From Bryobacterales bacterium (lineage in GTDB: Bacteria; Acidobacteriota; Terriglobia; Bryobacterales; UBA6623), in assembly GCA_965248255.1 (NCBI GenBank), contig CBDFIW010000004.1, positions 578,083 to 642,082 on the forward strand: DNA of 64,000 bases, read 5' to 3'. This document shows, one piece after another, positions 61,741-64,000 of the stretch. Each line of letters starts with the position of its first letter. The first letter of the stretch is position 1. Below the pieces are notes generated by a model. That model did no database searches and was not told the origin of the DNA. It saw only the letters and a list, made by a program, of their open reading frames with translations. The position numbers and the translations under genes were made by a program.

Positions 61741-62915
61741 TCACCTGATCATGACACGCTTAAACCAATCGTCTGGATACGCAGCCAGGGCGACCGCGTC
61801 CGCCAGGTCAGGTGATTTCAAACCTCGTCGCCGCATCGCGTCCTTCGACTCGAGCCGCAGTCGCCCGCGGCTGTCCTGCGTCATCAGCGGTGCCGGCAGT
61901 TGCTCGAACAACGCAGGGTCTCGCGGGATCCTGATCTGACCTTGCCGCAGCTTTTCTCCGATGTTCCACCACATCTCAGTCCTGATGTCTGCATACCGTT
62001 CCTCGTAGAACGGCTTCGAGCCGAAATGAAACGGGATGATCTCACAACGATAGAGCGCTTCCGAATTCGTCCTCCGGTGCCCGAGCTCTCGCAGCCTGTC
62101 GGTGACACCTCCTCCGACTCCGGTATCGTCGATACGGATCGACCTAGCTCTTGTCTTCTCAATCAGACCTACGGCTCGCCCCACCGTAGCCATCAGATCA
62201 GGTTGACGACTTGACTTGAGGTGAGTGACAACTTTGCCTCGCAAGACGGCAAAGACCGTTTGATCGCCTTTGGACGAGCGTGCGACATCTAGACCAATGT
62301 CAACTGGCTCGTGACCCAAGGTTTTGAAGGGTGCATCCGCACATTGCTCCAACCAATCGGCGTAGATGAAACCCTCGCCGCTCGCATCGATGAACTCGCA
62401 CAGGTACTCTTGTCGGAACCAAGCCTCACCCATCGATTGACGCTCTTGGTCGAGAATCTCCTCGCTCAGCCGCGGGCAGTCGCGGGCCGTGATGCGAATC
62501 TTCTTCCAGTAGTCCGCATGTGCCCACTCGTGGTAGACCCAGCCCTTGCGACCCCACGGCGTCGACAACGCGATCAGCCGGCCGCGGGAGACTGCAAGCA
62601 TCGGCCGAACCGAGTAGTACAGCTCGTCCTCGACGCGTGCCGCCTCGTCGATGATCATCAGACTGACACCGGAGAAGCCGCGGATGGTCTCCTCACCGGC
62701 CGGAAGAGCGATGATGCGAGAGCCGTTCACCAGTTCGAGACGGAGGGCACTCTCGGTCTTCACGGGAACGGCGGCGCCCGACGCCTTGTAAAGCTGAAGG
62801 ACCTTGCGGAACAGTTCGCCAGACTGCCGCAGCGACGGCGACAGCAGCAGGACAAGCGAGCTGGGTTTGAACGAAGCCTCGTGGATGGCCATCGCGGCCG
62901 CCACCGTACTCTTGC
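61741..62915 (-). pseudogene. terL: Phage terminase large subunit, 5'-truncated at Walker A
   Basis: KSTVAAAMA (Walker A tail), IRGFSGVSLMIIDEAA (Walker B), LSTPWG, IGLDVA, IDDTGVGGGVTD and SPDLADA. Confidence 0.9.
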
Positions 62916-63680
62916 GAAGCTGACGAGCTATGGATCTGGACCGACGTCGACGGTATCCTCAGCGGCGATCCCCGAGTCATTCCCGACGCACGGGTGCTGG
63001 ACGAAGTCACCTACAACGAGGCCGCCGAGCTGGCCTACAACGGAGCGAAGGTGCTCCATCCGCGCACTCTTGCGCCACTGGAAGAGAAACGCATCCCGGT
63101 GTGGATCAAGAACAGCTTCAAGCCTGAGATCGCAGGCACTCACATCGTCCCCAAGATCAGCGCGGGACACGGCGTGCGAGCCATCACGTCCCTGGCGGAG
63201 GTGTCGCTCATCTCGATCGAGGCGATGAACATCTCCGTGTCCGGCGCGCAGTTGATGGCGCGGGCCCTCGGAGCCGCCGCTCGCGCGAATGTCGAAGTGT
63301 TGCTGCTCACGCGCTCGAGCTTCCGCCAGAACTTCTGCATGCTGGTCCGCACCGGAGAGCTGGATGCGGTGATGGAGAGCCTTCGGTCGGAGCTGACTTT
63401 GGAGATGGCTCATGGCTATGTCCATCCGATTGACGTGGACCATAGCGTGGGCCTGCTGGCGGCGGTGGGCGAGGGGATGAAAGGGACGCCCGGCTTGGCG
63501 GGGCGGGTCTTCACCGCGCTCTCGCGCGATGGCATCAATATCATCGCCATCGCGCAAGGCTCGAGCGAGCTGACCATCGCCATCGTCGTTGCCGAAAACG
63601 CTTTGGATCGAGCGGTGCGGTCGCTACACGCCGAGTGCCGGCTTGGGGAGCCGCAGCCGGCGCCGGTTGAAGCGCTGTAG
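62916..63680 (+). pseudogene. lysC: Aspartate kinase, N-terminal half missing
   Basis: EADELWIWTDVDGILSGDPRVIPDA...YNEAAELAYNGAKVLHP followed by two ACT domains; no start or N-terminal kinase part. Confidence 0.9.
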
Positions 63681-63714
63681 TAGGACTGTCGTCGTCGGCC
63701 GGGGACACGGAAGC

Positions 63715-64000
63715 TTGCACCACTTCGCCACCGGAATCTTTCGTTTGCTCGGGGCCTGCGCTTGCTGCTACCTGGGGCTGCTGGCCTCCCGGGTGCTGTG
63801 GGAAGCGCCCCGTCTGTTGGTGGCCCTTGCGCCCGGATCCGAGTTTCACGGGGTCCAGCTCTGGGGACTGAATCCACGCTTCCTCATCTTCGGCTCGCAG
63901 GACATGGGTACGCTGAGCGCGGCTCTGCTTGCGGCCGCATCGGTGCTGATAGGGCTTCTGGCTCTGCGTTTCGCTCCCTCGTTTTCGAGACGGTTCGTGG
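63715..64000 (+). CDS. Hypothetical membrane protein, runs off the window end
   Basis: Open hydrophobic frame from TTG 63715 (LHHFATGIFRLLGACACCYLGLLASR...). Confidence 0.5.
   Translation, partial: MHHFATGIFRLLGACACCYLGLLASRVLWEAPRLLVALAPGSEFHGVQLWGLNPRFLIFGSQDMGTLSAALLAAASVLIGLLALRFAPSFSRRFV

Larger units (their letters stand above)
56106..62915. mobile_element. Decayed prophage/satellite integrated at tRNA-Pro(CGG); right end lost
   Basis: Integrase directly after the tRNA; arm-like repeat gattgtgacg at 56150-59 and 56162-71; primase, xis, XRE, TerS-like and TerL genes; no second att copy found. Confidence 0.8.

Overview
This is a GC-rich bacterial chromosome segment. Two proteins with TIGR03437/Solibacter-type C-terminal domains suggest Acidobacteriota, Bryobacterales-like (inference). 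The backbone is metabolic and secreted-enzyme genes: a pyridine nucleotide-disulfide oxidoreductase, dut, putA, an arginase pseudogene, esterases, a HAD hydrolase, an enolase-superfamily dehydratase, a CocE hydrolase and two D-aminoacylases. It is overlaid by six complete IS copies (IS1202/ISNCY, IS3, IS5 and three IS630), one IS3 remnant and several REP/REPIN-like repeat families. Two integrated elements sit at tRNAs. (1) A ~12 kb PICI/P4-satellite-like island at tRNA-Ser(TGA) carries int, alpA, primase-polymerase/D5 helicase, an ori-like repeat and a TerS-like HTH gene. Its cargo is hsdM, a half-size hsdS and an IS630-split Schlafen/AlbA_2 gene, with no hsdR, plus abutting fragments of SRAP, Sel1, Mrr and S24 genes. 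(2) A decayed prophage/satellite at tRNA-Pro(CGG) carries int, a primase-AAA gene, an excisionase-like HTH, an XRE protein, a TerS-like ORF missing from the ORF track, a 5'-truncated terL, an hsdR remnant and a HEPN-like gene. It ends in a head-to-head junction with a 5'-truncated aspartokinase. Many genes have frameshifts, so both real decay and assembly error must be considered. The best novelty candidates are the MTase/half-HsdS/Schlafen module on the satellite and the structured non-coding 3' trailers inside the IS1202-type and IS3 elements. All family calls come from motif recognition; no searches were run.
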